From an uncultured Gammaproteobacteria bacterium (GTDB lineage Bacteria; Pseudomonadota; Gammaproteobacteria; Poriferisulfidales; GCA-002705445): DNA of 53,262 bases. Every line of letters starts with the position of its first letter. Within the stretch, counting starts at the first letter, position 1. Both the position numbers and the translations under genes were made by a program. The stretch covers positions 1-53,262 of the forward strand of contig CAJYAP010000004.1 of assembly GCA_913065025.1 (NCBI GenBank), in the 5' to 3' direction. Below are positions 1-10,333 of the stretch, in pieces. The notes under the pieces were generated by a model. It had not been told where the DNA came from. It worked only from the letters and a program-made list of their open reading frames with translations, and made no database searches.

Positions 1-2697
1 GAAAATCTTTACAAAAATTTGTTAGATTTAAATAAAAATTCTAAAAAATTTATACTTCATGATGGTCCGCCATATGCTAATGGCGACATACATATTGGAC
101 ACGCGGTAAATAAAATTTTAAAAGATATAATATTGAGGTCTAAAGTATTTTCTGGATTTTATACACCATTTGTTCCTGGATGGGATTGCCATGGTTTGCC
201 CATTGAACTTGAAGTTGAAAAAAAATTAAAGAAAAAAGAAGATATATCTGATAGAGATTTTAGAAATTTATGCAGAGATTATGCTCTTAAGCAAGTTGAG
301 AGACAAAAAAGAGATTTTAAACGATTAGGTATTCTTGGAGACTGGGAAAAACCCTACTTAACTCTTAATAAAGATTTTGAAGCTTCAACTGTTAAGGCTC
401 TAGAAAAAATATATAATAATGGACATCTAAAAAAAGGTTTTAAGCCAGTCAATTGGTGTGTAAAAATTCAATCAGCTTTAGCTGAAGCAGAAGTTGAATA
501 TAAAGAAAAGGAATCTACATCTATAGATGTAAAATTCAAAATCACATCTTCTGAAAACATTAAAAATTTATTTAATTTAAAAGATATTTCCATAGATACT
601 TTTATTGTTATTTGGACAACAACTCCATGGACACTTCCATCTAATAAATCTGTAGCTATAAAAAAAGATCTTAATTATATTTTAATATCAGATGGTAAAG
701 AAAATTATATTATTGCTGAGAATCTTTTAGAAAAATTTACAGAGCGTGTAGGGTTAAGTTTTAAAATCATATCAAATTGTAGTGGTGACAGATTGATAGG
801 AATAGAAGCTCAACATCCTTTTCTATTAAATAAAATAAATATTATTGATGGTGAACATGTAACAGATGATTCAGGAACAGGATGCGTTCACATCGCTCCT
901 GCTCATGGTGTAGAAGATTTTGAATTGGGCACAAAACATAATTTAGAAGTAATAAATCCTATTCAAAGTAATGGTGTTTTTTCAGGCCTTCCTGAAGAAT
1001 TTAATGGGATACATGTATACAAACTTGATGATCATGTTATAGATTTATTAGAAAAAAAAGATAGATTGCTAAGTAAAAATAAGTTTAAACACTCATACCC
1101 TCACTGTTGGAGAACAAAAACACCTTTAATTTATAGAGCAACACCTCAATGGTTTATTTCAATGAATAAAAATAATTTATTAGAAAAAACCTTAAATAAA
1201 TTATCTGATGTCAATTGGTTACCTGCATGGGGAGAAGCAAGAATTCAGGGAATGCTTGAAAATAGGCCAGACTGGTGCATATCAAGACAAAGAAAATGGG
1301 GCGTCCCTATCACAATGCTTATAAATAAAAAAACTGGAGAACCTCACTCTAATTCGTCTATAATTTTTTCAAGAGTTTCTAAACTAGTTGAAAAACATGG
1401 TATTGAAAAATGGTTTGATATTAAAATCGAAGATTTAATTGATAATCCCAAAGATTATGAAAAAGTAACAGATACTTTAGATGTTTGGTTTGATTCAGGC
1501 TCTTCACATGCAGCAGTTTTAGAAAAAATATCAGATCTAAGTTTTCCTGCTGATCTTTATTTAGAAGGTTCAGATCAACACAGAGGCTGGTTTCAATCAT
1601 CTCTTCTTACTTCAGTTGCAATAAATGATTTAGTTCCATATAAAACTGCAATGACACATGGTTTTACTGTAGATGCTAAAGGCAATAAAATGTCTAAATC
1701 GAAAGGTAATGTTATCGCCCCTCAAAAAATTATCGATAGACTAGGTTCCGATATTTTAAGACTATGGGCTGCTTCGACTGATTCTTCTTCTGAAATGAAC
1801 GTTTCAGAAGAAATACTAAGCAGAACATCAGATAAATATAGAAAAATAAGAAATACCATAAGATTCTTGTTATCTAATATTGATGATTATGATCCAAATA
1901 GTTTTTCTCAAGACTCAATAACTATTGAGCTAGATAAATGGATCCTAAAGAAAGCTATTAAAACTCAAGAAGAAATAAAAAAACAATATGAATTGTATAA
2001 TTTTCATTTGTTATCGCAAACAATACATAGTTTCTGCGTTAATGAATTGGGATCTTTCTATCTTGATGTGATTAAAGATAGACAATACACATGTAAAAAA
2101 GATTCGCAGGAGAGAATTTCTGCTCAACATGCTATGTTCTGCTTGGTAAAAATGTTACTGACCTGGATAGCACCTATTTGCCCCCATACTGCAGAAGAAG
2201 CCTGGACACATATACCAAAAAACAAAAATAAATCTATTTTTTATAATAGATGGCTTGATTTGAATATAAATGATTTTCAAAAATGTAATATTAGTGATTC
2301 AGATTGGAATGAAATTCTAGAAGTTAAAAAAATTGTTTCAAAGTCATTAGAAGAAAAAAGAGTTGAGAATATTATTGGGTCACCTTTAGACGCTGATATT
2401 ACTATTCACTGTTCTAGAAAATTATATAATATATTGAGTACACTAGACAAAGAATTAAAATTTATATTTATAACATCAAATGCATATTTAAAAATTATAG
2501 ATGAAAAGAAAAATTATAATAAAATATCTATAAATGATCATGATATTTCTGTAGATATTATTAATTCGAAAAATAAAAAATGCGAAAGATGCTGGCATAA
2601 ATGTGATAGTGTTGGCAAAAATAAAGAATATAACAATATTTGTAAAAGATGCATTTCAAATGTTTTTGGTAAGGGTGAAATAAGAATAAATGCTTAA
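1..2697 (+). CDS. ileS: Isoleucine--tRNA ligase, 5'-truncated at window edge
   Basis: PPYANGDIHIGH (HIGH), GWDCHGLP, WTTTPWT, KMSKS and C-terminal CERCW..CKRC zinc finger. The frame is open from base 1, so the TTG at 19 is not the true start. Confidence 0.98.
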   Translation, partial: ENLYKNLLDLNKNSKKFILHDGPPYANGDIHIGHAVNKILKDIILRSKVFSGFYTPFVPGWDCHGLPIELEVEKKLKKKEDISDRDFRNLCRDYALKQVERQKRDFKRLGILGDWEKPYLTLNKDFEASTVKALEKIYNNGHLKKGFKPVNWCVKIQSALAEAEVEYKEKESTSIDVKFKITSSENIKNLFNLKDISIDTFIVIWTTTPWTLPSNKSVAIKKDLNYILISDGKENYIIAENLLEKFTERVGLSFKIISNCSGDRLIGIEAQHPFLLNKINIIDGEHVTDDSGTGCVHIAPAHGVEDFELGTKHNLEVINPIQSNGVFSGLPEEFNGIHVYKLDDHVIDLLEKKDRLLSKNKFKHSYPHCWRTKTPLIYRATPQWFISMNKNNLLEKTLNKLSDVNWLPAWGEARIQGMLENRPDWCISRQRKWGVPITMLINKKTGEPHSNSSIIFSRVSKLVEKHGIEKWFDIKIEDLIDNPKDYEKVTDTLDVWFDSGSSHAAVLEKISDLSFPADLYLEGSDQHRGWFQSSLLTSVAINDLVPYKTAMTHGFTVDAKGNKMSKSKGNVIAPQKIIDRLGSDILRLWAASTDSSSEMNVSEEILSRTSDKYRKIRNTIRFLLSNIDDYDPNSFSQDSITIELDKWILKKAIKTQEEIKKQYELYNFHLLSQTIHSFCVNELGSFYLDVIKDRQYTCKKDSQERISAQHAMFCLVKMLLTWIAPICPHTAEEAWTHIPKNKNKSIFYNRWLDLNINDFQKCNISDSDWNEILEVKKIVSKSLEEKRVENIIGSPLDADITIHCSRKLYNILSTLDKELKFIFITSNAYLKIIDEKKNYNKISINDHDISVDIINSKNKKCERCWHKCDSVGKNKEYNNICKRCISNVFGKGEIRINA

Positions 2698-3157
2698 AAA
2701 AAATTTAATAATTTTTTCTATAATAATATTTATTTTTTTTTTAGATTTAATTACAAAAAATTACGCTTTAAGTAGCTTAATAATAAACCACTCAATATCT
2801 ATTAATAACTTTTTGAATTTCACTCTAGCTTTTAATCATGGAGCTGCTTTTAGTTTTTTAAGTAACGCTGGCGGATGGCAAAGATGGTTTTTTATAATAT
2901 TTAGTGTAATAGTTATTTTAATAATCACTTATATTTTAGTAAAAGAGAAAAATTCGCAGTACATTGCATTTAGTTTTGTTATTGGCGGTGCAATAGGAAA
3001 CCTTTATGATCGGATTTTGTATGGTTATGTTATTGATTTTATAGAATTTCACTATAATTCTTTTTATTGGCCAATATTTAATATAGCTGATATTGCAATT
3101 TCTATAGGAATTATATTATTGTTATACTCTATGTTTGCAAAAGAAAGTAAAAAATAA
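2690..3157 (+). CDS. lspA: Lipoprotein signal peptidase II
   Basis: NHGAAFS, GGAIGNLYDR, VIDFI, FNIAD motifs; overlaps the ileS stop. Confidence 0.97.
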   Translation: MLKKNLIIFSIIIFIFFLDLITKNYALSSLIINHSISINNFLNFTLAFNHGAAFSFLSNAGGWQRWFFIIFSVIVILIITYILVKEKNSQYIAFSFVIGGAIGNLYDRILYGYVIDFIEFHYNSFYWPIFNIADIAISIGIILLLYSMFAKESKK

Positions 3158-4099
3158 ATGAATATTATTTTAGCCAATCCAAGAGGATTCTGTGCCGGTG
3201 TTGATAGAGCTATTGAAATTACTAATAGAGCTTTAGATGTTTTTGGATCTCCAATATATGTAAAACATGAAATTGTTCACAATAAGTATGTGGTAGATGA
3301 ACTTAAAGAAAAAGGGGTTATCTTTATTGAAGATATAAATAAAGTTCCAGAATATTCTATATTAATATATAGCGCACATGGTGTTTCAGAAAAAATAGTT
3401 CAAGAATCAAGTGATAGAAATCTTCAGGTTTTTAACGCCACCTGTCCTTTAGTTACAAAAGTTCATATGGAAGTTGCAAGATTATCAAAAAAACAAATAA
3501 ACACTATTTTAGTAGGTCATAAGGGGCATCCAGAAGTTGAAGGGACTATTGGGCGTTATAACTCAACAGAAAATTCTAAGATTATCCTGGTTGAAGATGA
3601 AAATGATGTAGCAAATCTTAAATTTAATACAGAAGATCAAGTTGCATATGTTACACAAACCACATTATCAATAGATGATACAGCTAGCATTATTAACGCA
3701 ATAAAATCTAAATATAATAAAATTATTGAACCACCTAGAGGCGATATTTGTTATGCAACTACTAACAGACAGAATGCTGTCAAAGAATTAACTGATAAGT
3801 GCGATATAATTCTTGTTGTAGGTTCTGAAAATAGTTCCAATTCAAATAGATTAAAAGAAATTTCAACCAGAGCTGGGGTACCTTCTTATTTAATAGATTG
3901 CGCTAATGATCTTGATGTAGAGTGGTTGTCGAACAAAAAGAACATAGGTTTAACTGCTGGGGCATCCGCACCTGAAACTCTAGTTGCGTCAATAATAAGT
4001 AAGCTTAAAGGTTTTGGCGCTTTAAACGTAATAGAATCTGAGGGCATTGAGGAAAACATCACTTTTAAAATACCTAAAGAGCTAATAAGTAAAAGCTAG
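3158..4099 (+). CDS. ispH: 4-hydroxy-3-methylbut-2-enyl diphosphate reductase
   Basis: PRGFCAGV, ATCPLV and DICYAT cluster cysteines; SSNSNRL. Confidence 0.98.
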   Translation: MNIILANPRGFCAGVDRAIEITNRALDVFGSPIYVKHEIVHNKYVVDELKEKGVIFIEDINKVPEYSILIYSAHGVSEKIVQESSDRNLQVFNATCPLVTKVHMEVARLSKKQINTILVGHKGHPEVEGTIGRYNSTENSKIILVEDENDVANLKFNTEDQVAYVTQTTLSIDDTASIINAIKSKYNKIIEPPRGDICYATTNRQNAVKELTDKCDIILVVGSENSSNSNRLKEISTRAGVPSYLIDCANDLDVEWLSNKKNIGLTAGASAPETLVASIISKLKGFGALNVIESEGIEENITFKIPKELISKS

Positions 4100-4188
4100 A
4101 TCATCCCTATGCCTGAAAGAGCAAAATAAACTGTCAAAACACAGATTATAATACCCAAAGATAATGCAACTACTCTAAAAATATCCAT
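4096..4188 (-). CDS. Small single-pass membrane peptide, 30 aa (MDIFRVVALSLGIIICVLTVYFALSGIGMI), not in ORF track
   Basis: Hand translation; AAAGGAG Shine-Dalgarno just upstream of ATG; extended -10 TGCTATTAT at 4224-4232; one hydrophobic helix. Confidence 0.65.
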   Translation of the reverse strand: MDIFRVVALSLGIIICVLTVYFALSGIGMI

Positions 4189-4250
4189 AATATCTCCTTT
4201 TAATTTTTGTTATTTTGACATAAATAATAGCATTTTTAAATTAAAATTTT

Positions 4251-5252
4251 TTAAGATATTAATTTTTTGACAATTTTTGCAGATGATATAGCTGTTAAAA
4301 TGCCATACCTATAATGACCAAAATTATAGATCAATCTTTCATTTTTAATATCAATATTTATATATGGATCTTCTTTATCTGAATATGGTCTGAATCCATA
4401 TGTCTGCTCAAGACTAAGCATTTCTACGCTATTAGAAAATATTTCTGAAACTGATTTTTCTAAAAATATTTTTGCAGAACTAGTAATATTCTCATCAAAT
4501 CCAACATCTTCTATCGTAGCACCAACAACTATTCTGTTATCTCTCCTAGGAATAATATAATAATTATTATAAAGCAACACATTGTCAATCAACTTTTCTC
4601 TTGTTTTAAAATGAAGAAGTTGTCCCTTTATAGGCTTTAATCTTATATTTTTATTACCTAAAATATGATTACTCCAAACTCCTGCGCATAAAATTATAAA
4701 TTCATACTTATTGTTTGATGGTTTTCTTAGAAAACTATCAATTTTCTCTATTTTAGACTTTTTAAATTCTACATTATTTTTTAAAAGTGTATTCCTTAGA
4801 AAATTAATTAACTTTCTAGGGTCTAATGTATTTATATTTTCTATTTCTAGAAAATTTTTGTGAGATTCTTTTATAAATTTTTCTCTAGAATTCAAATTTT
4901 TTTTTATGTAACTCGAATTAATAACAGGATTTTCCTTATACCAATTTTTTGCGCTTTCAATATCATTTCCAAAAATTAATAAATTTTTTTTTTCAAAATT
5001 AATTTCTCTTTTATCTTTTATGCTTAGCGTGTTAAAAAAATTATTGTACTGTTCGTGCCCAGAGATACATAAGTCTTGCATATACTTTGTGTTTTTCCAT
5101 GGATTAAGAGGAAACATTATCCCTGCTGCTGATTTTGATGCTTGCCCCGTGCTCTGATTATCTATTATTGTTACCTGATGGCCAGTTTTATTAAGTTCAT
5201 AGGCTGTTGTTAAACCAACTATTCCAGAACCTATAATTACACACTTGGTCAT
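4251..5252 (-). CDS. thiO: FAD-dependent oxidoreductase, glycine oxidase ThiO-like (DAO family)
   Basis: IIGSGIVG dinucleotide motif, ASKSAAG, PIKGQ, VVGAT, GFRP, GHYRxGIL; thiS/thiG are in the window. Confidence 0.7.
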   Translation of the reverse strand: MTKCVIIGSGIVGLTTAYELNKTGHQVTIIDNQSTGQASKSAAGIMFPLNPWKNTKYMQDLCISGHEQYNNFFNTLSIKDKREINFEKKNLLIFGNDIESAKNWYKENPVINSSYIKKNLNSREKFIKESHKNFLEIENINTLDPRKLINFLRNTLLKNNVEFKKSKIEKIDSFLRKPSNNKYEFIILCAGVWSNHILGNKNIRLKPIKGQLLHFKTREKLIDNVLLYNNYYIIPRRDNRIVVGATIEDVGFDENITSSAKIFLEKSVSEIFSNSVEMLSLEQTYGFRPYSDKEDPYINIDIKNERLIYNFGHYRYGILTAISSAKIVKKLIS

Positions 5253-6106
5253 TTTTTAACTAGCGTCCCTATACCTTCATTGGTAAATATTTCTAATAAT
5301 ACTGAATGCTGTATTCTTCCATCTACAATATGTGCCATTTTCACATTTTTTTCTATTGAATTTAAACATGCTTTTATTTTAGGAAGCATACCACCAGTTA
5401 TTACATTGGTATTTATTAATTTTTCAATTTCACTAAAATTCAAAGATGATATTAATTTTTCCTCTTTATTTAAAACACCTGTTTGATCAGTTAGAAATAT
5501 TAATTTCTCGGCAGATAAATGTGATGCTATAGCACTTGCAGCTGAGTCTGCATTTATATTGTAAATATTATTGTTTTCATCAAAACCCAATGGTGCGATC
5601 ACTGGTATGTAGTTTGAATTCATAAGTTCATATAGATAGTTTGCATCAACATCTATAATTTCTCCAACGTATCCGTAATTTGTTTTACCACTAATGTATT
5701 TTTTTACTTTTATTAATCCACTGTTATTTTTTGCTAAGCCTATGGAGTTACCCCCATTATTGTTTATTAGTCCCACAATTTCTTTATTCACCAAATCGTT
5801 TAATGTGTTTGATACAACTTCAATTGTTTTTTCATCAGTTACTCTTATACCATCTATAAAGTTTCTTTTTATTCCAACTTTGCTTAATTGGTTATCAATT
5901 TGTGGCCCGCCGCCATGAACAACGACAACATTTATTCCCACCTGTTTCATTAGCGCTATATCCCTAGCAAAACTATTTTTTAAATCACTCTCAACCATTG
6001 CTGCACCACCATATTTAACAACGCAAATTTTTTTTGAAAATTTTTGTATGTATGGAAGTGCTTCTGTTAAAATTTTTATTACTTGTTCTGCTTTATTTTT
6101 TTCCAT
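5249..6106 (-). CDS. argB: Acetylglutamate kinase
   Basis: VVKYGGAAM, VVVHGGGPQI, YNINAD, GGMLPK, EIFTxxGIGT. Confidence 0.97.
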   Translation of the reverse strand: MEKNKAEQVIKILTEALPYIQKFSKKICVVKYGGAAMVESDLKNSFARDIALMKQVGINVVVVHGGGPQIDNQLSKVGIKRNFIDGIRVTDEKTIEVVSNTLNDLVNKEIVGLINNNGGNSIGLAKNNSGLIKVKKYISGKTNYGYVGEIIDVDANYLYELMNSNYIPVIAPLGFDENNNIYNINADSAASAIASHLSAEKLIFLTDQTGVLNKEEKLISSLNFSEIEKLINTNVITGGMLPKIKACLNSIEKNVKMAHIVDGRIQHSVLLEIFTNEGIGTLVKK

Positions 6107-7487
6107 TTGGAATCTCTAATGTGGAATCAATATTAAGTATCTCACTTGTAAACTTGTCTTGTATTTCTTTCAACTCTTCTTCTGTATTAGCTTCAAATCT
6201 CATAACTAAACATGGAGTTGTGTTAGAAGCTCTTACTAATCCCCATCCATTTTTGAAATCTGCTCTTAAACCATCAATTTTAGAAATTTCTGCTCCATCA
6301 AAATTTACTTTGCTGCAGAATTTTTTCATAAATTCATGCTGATTACCATCTTTATCAACTTTTATATTTATTTCTGGAGTGGAATAAGAAGATGGTAATT
6401 CGTCGAATATTTCACTGCTTTTCTTATTTTCATTTGATATTATTTCGAGCATTCTTAAACTAGCATATATTCCATCATCAAACCCAAACCATCTATCCTT
6501 GAAAAATATATGTCCTGACATTTCTCCACCTAATATAGCGTTAATCTCTTTCATCTTCATCTTAATATATGAATGTCCTGTTCTAGACATTACCGGTATA
6601 CCTCCATACTCTTTTATATATATGGGTAAATCTTTTGATGATTTAACATCAAAAACAATTTTTTCATTTGCATTTTTTGACAAAATATTTTTAGAGTAAA
6701 GCATCATTTGTCTATCAGGCCATAGAATATTTCCTAAATTATCTATTATCAAACATCTATCACCATCACCATCAAATGCGACTCCTATATCGCATTTATT
6801 TTCTTTAACAGACGATATTAAATTAATTAGATTTTTTGGCTCACTAGGATTTGGGTGATGATTTGGAAAATTTCCATCTATATCGCAATATAAATCTATA
6901 ACCTCAAGACCTAATTTTTTATAAATTTTTAGAGAGATTGGTCCTGCTGCACCATTACCTGCATCAATAGCTACTTTTAATTTTTTGTTAATTTTTATGT
7001 CCTTTAATATAGCTTCTAGATAATTCTTTTCTATATTTATTTTCTCTTCACCTACTTCTGAATTCTTATTTATTTTTTTTAAATTTTTGCTTAAAATTTT
7101 ATTGTATATATTTTGGATTTCTTCACCAGCTAGAGCGTGGTTGTCCATAATAATTTTTAAACCATTGTAATTTTTTGGATTATGACTCCCTGTAACAATA
7201 ATTCCTGAATTGACCTTGAAGTAATTTACTGCAAAATATAAAAGTGGTGTTGGGACTTGGCCAATGTCTATAACTTTTTTCCCACTTTCTAACAGCCCTC
7301 TAATTAATGTATTAGATATAGCTTCGCTTGATAGTCTTCCATCTCTGCCAACAACTATTATGTCATTATCTTTTTGGTATAGATCACTTAAAGATCTTGC
7401 TATTAAGTCTATAGATTCTAGAGTTAGTTCTTTTTTATAGATCCCTCTAATATCATAAGCCTTGAATATTGTTTTTAATACTTTCAT
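6093..7487 (-). CDS. algC: Phosphomannomutase/phosphoglucomutase
   Basis: IFKAYDIRG, TGSHNP phosphoserine loop, FDGDGDR, GEMSGH, RASNT; dut-algC-argB synteny. Confidence 0.93.
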   Translation of the reverse strand: MKVLKTIFKAYDIRGIYKKELTLESIDLIARSLSDLYQKDNDIIVVGRDGRLSSEAISNTLIRGLLESGKKVIDIGQVPTPLLYFAVNYFKVNSGIIVTGSHNPKNYNGLKIIMDNHALAGEEIQNIYNKILSKNLKKINKNSEVGEEKINIEKNYLEAILKDIKINKKLKVAIDAGNGAAGPISLKIYKKLGLEVIDLYCDIDGNFPNHHPNPSEPKNLINLISSVKENKCDIGVAFDGDGDRCLIIDNLGNILWPDRQMMLYSKNILSKNANEKIVFDVKSSKDLPIYIKEYGGIPVMSRTGHSYIKMKMKEINAILGGEMSGHIFFKDRWFGFDDGIYASLRMLEIISNENKKSSEIFDELPSSYSTPEINIKVDKDGNQHEFMKKFCSKVNFDGAEISKIDGLRADFKNGWGLVRASNTTPCLVMRFEANTEEELKEIQDKFTSEILNIDSTLEIPNGKK

Positions 7488-7489
7488 TA

Positions 7490-7948
7490 TTAGTTTTTTC
7501 CGCTATGACCAAATCCACCTGATGCTCTATCAGTGGATTCAAAGTTATCTACAAAAGTATATTCAATATTTACTACAGGTATAAGCATAAATTGTGCAAT
7601 TCTATCACCTGGATTAATTTGAAAATTATTATCACTATTATTAAATAAAGATACCATCAGCTCTCCTTGGTAATCAGAGTCAATTAATCCAATAGAATTT
7701 CCTAAGATAATCCCATGTTTGTGGCCTAAGCCAGATCTGGGAAGTATTATTCCTGCATATTTTTTGTCTTCGATATAGAAAGCTAGCCCCGTCGGAATTA
7801 AAGTAGTACTTTTTGGAGCAAGCTCGATTTTTTCATCAACACATGCCCTCAAATCCATTGCTGCTGAGCCCTCTGTAGCATAACTTGGTAATGGTATGTC
7901 TTCATTAATCTTAGAATTTAAAATCTTTACTTGTACTTTTTTTGACAT
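7490..7948 (-). CDS. dut: dUTP diphosphatase
   Basis: [37 protein letters not shown]. Confidence 0.98.
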   Translation of the reverse strand: MSKKVQVKILNSKINEDIPLPSYATEGSAAMDLRACVDEKIELAPKSTTLIPTGLAFYIEDKKYAGIILPRSGLGHKHGIILGNSIGLIDSDYQGELMVSLFNNSDNNFQINPGDRIAQFMLIPVVNIEYTFVDNFESTDRASGGFGHSGKN

Positions 7949-7959
7949 ATTTTTTATTC

Positions 7960-9144
7960 CTAATTATAAATATTCGAAATTTCTTCTACAAACTCAATTG
8001 CTAAATCTTTTTTATTTTTTAGCCCTAAATTTTTTTCTAACCCATTCCCCCAATATAAAGTTATTGCATTATTCTCATTATCTATTCCCTCTGAAAAACT
8101 AACTTTATTTGCGGCTATTACAGAAACTTTTTTTTCTTTTAGTTTTTTTATAGCATTACTTTTTAATTCACTTGTTTCTGCGGCAAACCCTATTGAAAAA
8201 ATATTATATTTTTGCGAAATTGTTTTTAATATGTCAGTATTTTTCTCTAACTCTAGATTTGAAATACTTTCACTCTTTATCTTTTCTTTTGACAAATCTT
8301 TTACTATAAAATCTGATACAGCTGCTACTGAAACAAAAATATCACAATTGCTCATATTATTTTCTACTGATAAAAGCATGTCTTGCGCACTCTTTACTTC
8401 TATAGAATCTATTTCATCTTTTTCCTTATAACTACAAGGTCCTTTGACTAAAATTACCTTAGCACCATGATCGTAAAATGCATTGGCGATTTCACATCCC
8501 ATCATTCCAGAGCTTCTGTTAGATAAATACCTAACTGGGTCAATAAATTCTTGCGTTGGTCCTGCTGTGATTACAATTTTTTTATTTTCAAATAATTTTA
8601 ATTTTTTTTTTGTTAAAGATTTAATATCTTCTATTATATCTTCTGGCTCTTTCATTCTACCTGTGCCTATATCTCCACATGCCTGACTACCAAAGTCTGG
8701 CCCTGAGAAAATTAATCCTCTCCTTTTTAAAGCTTTATAATTTTCTTGTGTAGCTTTATTTGCCCACATATTTTTGTTCATGCTCGGGGCTAAGACAATT
8801 TTTTTGTCAAAAGCAAGGCAGGTTGTCGTAAGTAAGTCTTCTGCTCTACCATGCATGATTTTAGACAAGAATTCTGCGGTTGTAGGAGCTATAAGTATTA
8901 AATCTGCCCATCTTGCTAAATCAATATGTAGCATTGGTTTATCTTTTATAACAGTATTATATTGATAAACCCCCTCATTTGTTAATGTCTCAAAAGTCAG
9001 AGGTGTTATAAAATCCTCAGCTGTTCGTGTCATTATAACTTTTACTAAATAACCCTTCTTTATTAGTAATCTTGTAATTTCAGCTGCTTTATAAGCAGCA
9101 ATCCCACCTGTAACCCCAAGCAATATTTTAGTTTTTTTACTCAT
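7960..9144 (-). CDS. coaBC: Phosphopantothenoylcysteine decarboxylase/synthetase
   Basis: [49 protein letters not shown]. Start placed at MSKK (9144), 1 nt after the bioF stop. Confidence 0.97.
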   Translation of the reverse strand: MSKKTKILLGVTGGIAAYKAAEITRLLIKKGYLVKVIMTRTAEDFITPLTFETLTNEGVYQYNTVIKDKPMLHIDLARWADLILIAPTTAEFLSKIMHGRAEDLLTTTCLAFDKKIVLAPSMNKNMWANKATQENYKALKRRGLIFSGPDFGSQACGDIGTGRMKEPEDIIEDIKSLTKKKLKLFENKKIVITAGPTQEFIDPVRYLSNRSSGMMGCEIANAFYDHGAKVILVKGPCSYKEKDEIDSIEVKSAQDMLLSVENNMSNCDIFVSVAAVSDFIVKDLSKEKIKSESISNLELEKNTDILKTISQKYNIFSIGFAAETSELKSNAIKKLKEKKVSVIAANKVSFSEGIDNENNAITLYWGNGLEKNLGLKNKKDLAIEFVEEISNIYN

Positions 9145-9145
9145 T

Positions 9146-10315
9146 CTAGGATTGTACAAGATTTCTTGATATCGTATGTAAAATATTTATTAGATGATCA
9201 ATGTCAGACTCTTGATGATCTGTGGTTATTGAAATCCTTAATCTTGACTTACCTTCTTCGACAGTTGGAGGTCTAATAGCTGGAATATAAATACCGTTTT
9301 TAAAAAGTTCTTCGCTCAAGTATAAAGCATCTTTACTACTTCCTATTAATAATGCTTGGATTTGACTACTGCTATCCAATACAGAAAACCCAGATTTATT
9401 AATATTTTTTCTAAAATAATTTATTAGTGAAAATAACTTTTCTCTTCTCCAATTTTCTTCTTCTACAATTTTTAATGATTTTCTTGTAGCTTCAACTGCA
9501 TTTATTGGAAGAGATGTCGAGTAAATATAGCTTCTAGCTTTTTGGATTATATAATCGACGCTATCTTTATCCCCAGAGAAGAAAGCACCAAAAGTTCCCA
9601 CTGCTTTGCCGAAAGTTCCTGTGATAAAAGTGTTTAATTTCTTATTAAGAGACGATTTATTAACAAGGCCTCTTCCATTTTCTCCATATACTCCCAACGC
9701 ATGAGCTTCATCAACCAATAAGAGCGCCCCATGGTTTTGGACCTTTGAGTAAATTTTTTGTAAATTAGCAATATCTCCATCCATACTAAATAAAGAATCA
9801 CTAACTACAAGATTAGATTTTGATTTACTTTCATTTAGTAAATTTTCTAAACTTTCACAATCGTTATGTCTATATCTCTTAAAATTTGCTCTAGATATTA
9901 TTGATCCATCTATCAATGAAGCATGATTAAGTTTATCAGAAAAAATACTATCGCCTCGATTTACTAAAGTTTTTATTACACCCAGATTAGCTTGATAACC
10001 TGTAGAAAATAATAATGTTTTTTCTTGTCCTAAGAAATCCGAGATTTCCTCTTCAAGCATATGATGTGACTTTGTATACCCTGATATCAAAGCTGACGAA
10101 CTCGTGCTATAACCGTGCTTATCTAATGCTTTTTTAGCTGAATTAATAATTCTCTTATCATTAGATAATGATAAATAATCGTTACTTGCAAAAGAAAGAA
10201 ATTCTTTATTTTTATATACAAATATGTGTGAGTTTCCAGAATCTTTTACTTTTCTAATTCTGTAATTATTTGACAACTTTAGTCCGGAAAGTTTTTTTTC
10301 TATTATGTTATTCAA
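9146..10315 (-). CDS. bioF: 8-amino-7-oxononanoate synthase
   Basis: SFASNDYL, DKLNHASLIDG, FSMDGD, VDEAH, TFGKAVG (PLP Lys), AIRPPTV. Confidence 0.95.
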   Translation of the reverse strand: MNNIIEKKLSGLKLSNNYRIRKVKDSGNSHIFVYKNKEFLSFASNDYLSLSNDKRIINSAKKALDKHGYSTSSSALISGYTKSHHMLEEEISDFLGQEKTLLFSTGYQANLGVIKTLVNRGDSIFSDKLNHASLIDGSIISRANFKRYRHNDCESLENLLNESKSKSNLVVSDSLFSMDGDIANLQKIYSKVQNHGALLLVDEAHALGVYGENGRGLVNKSSLNKKLNTFITGTFGKAVGTFGAFFSGDKDSVDYIIQKARSYIYSTSLPINAVEATRKSLKIVEEENWRREKLFSLINYFRKNINKSGFSVLDSSSQIQALLIGSSKDALYLSEELFKNGIYIPAIRPPTVEEGKSRLRISITTDHQESDIDHLINILHTISRNLVQS

Positions 10316-10333
10316 ATTTATTTTAATAAATAA

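Noticed and set aside
19-21. TTG start of ileS
   Set aside because: The frame is open to base 1 and the protein lacks the usual N-terminus; the gene is cut by the window edge
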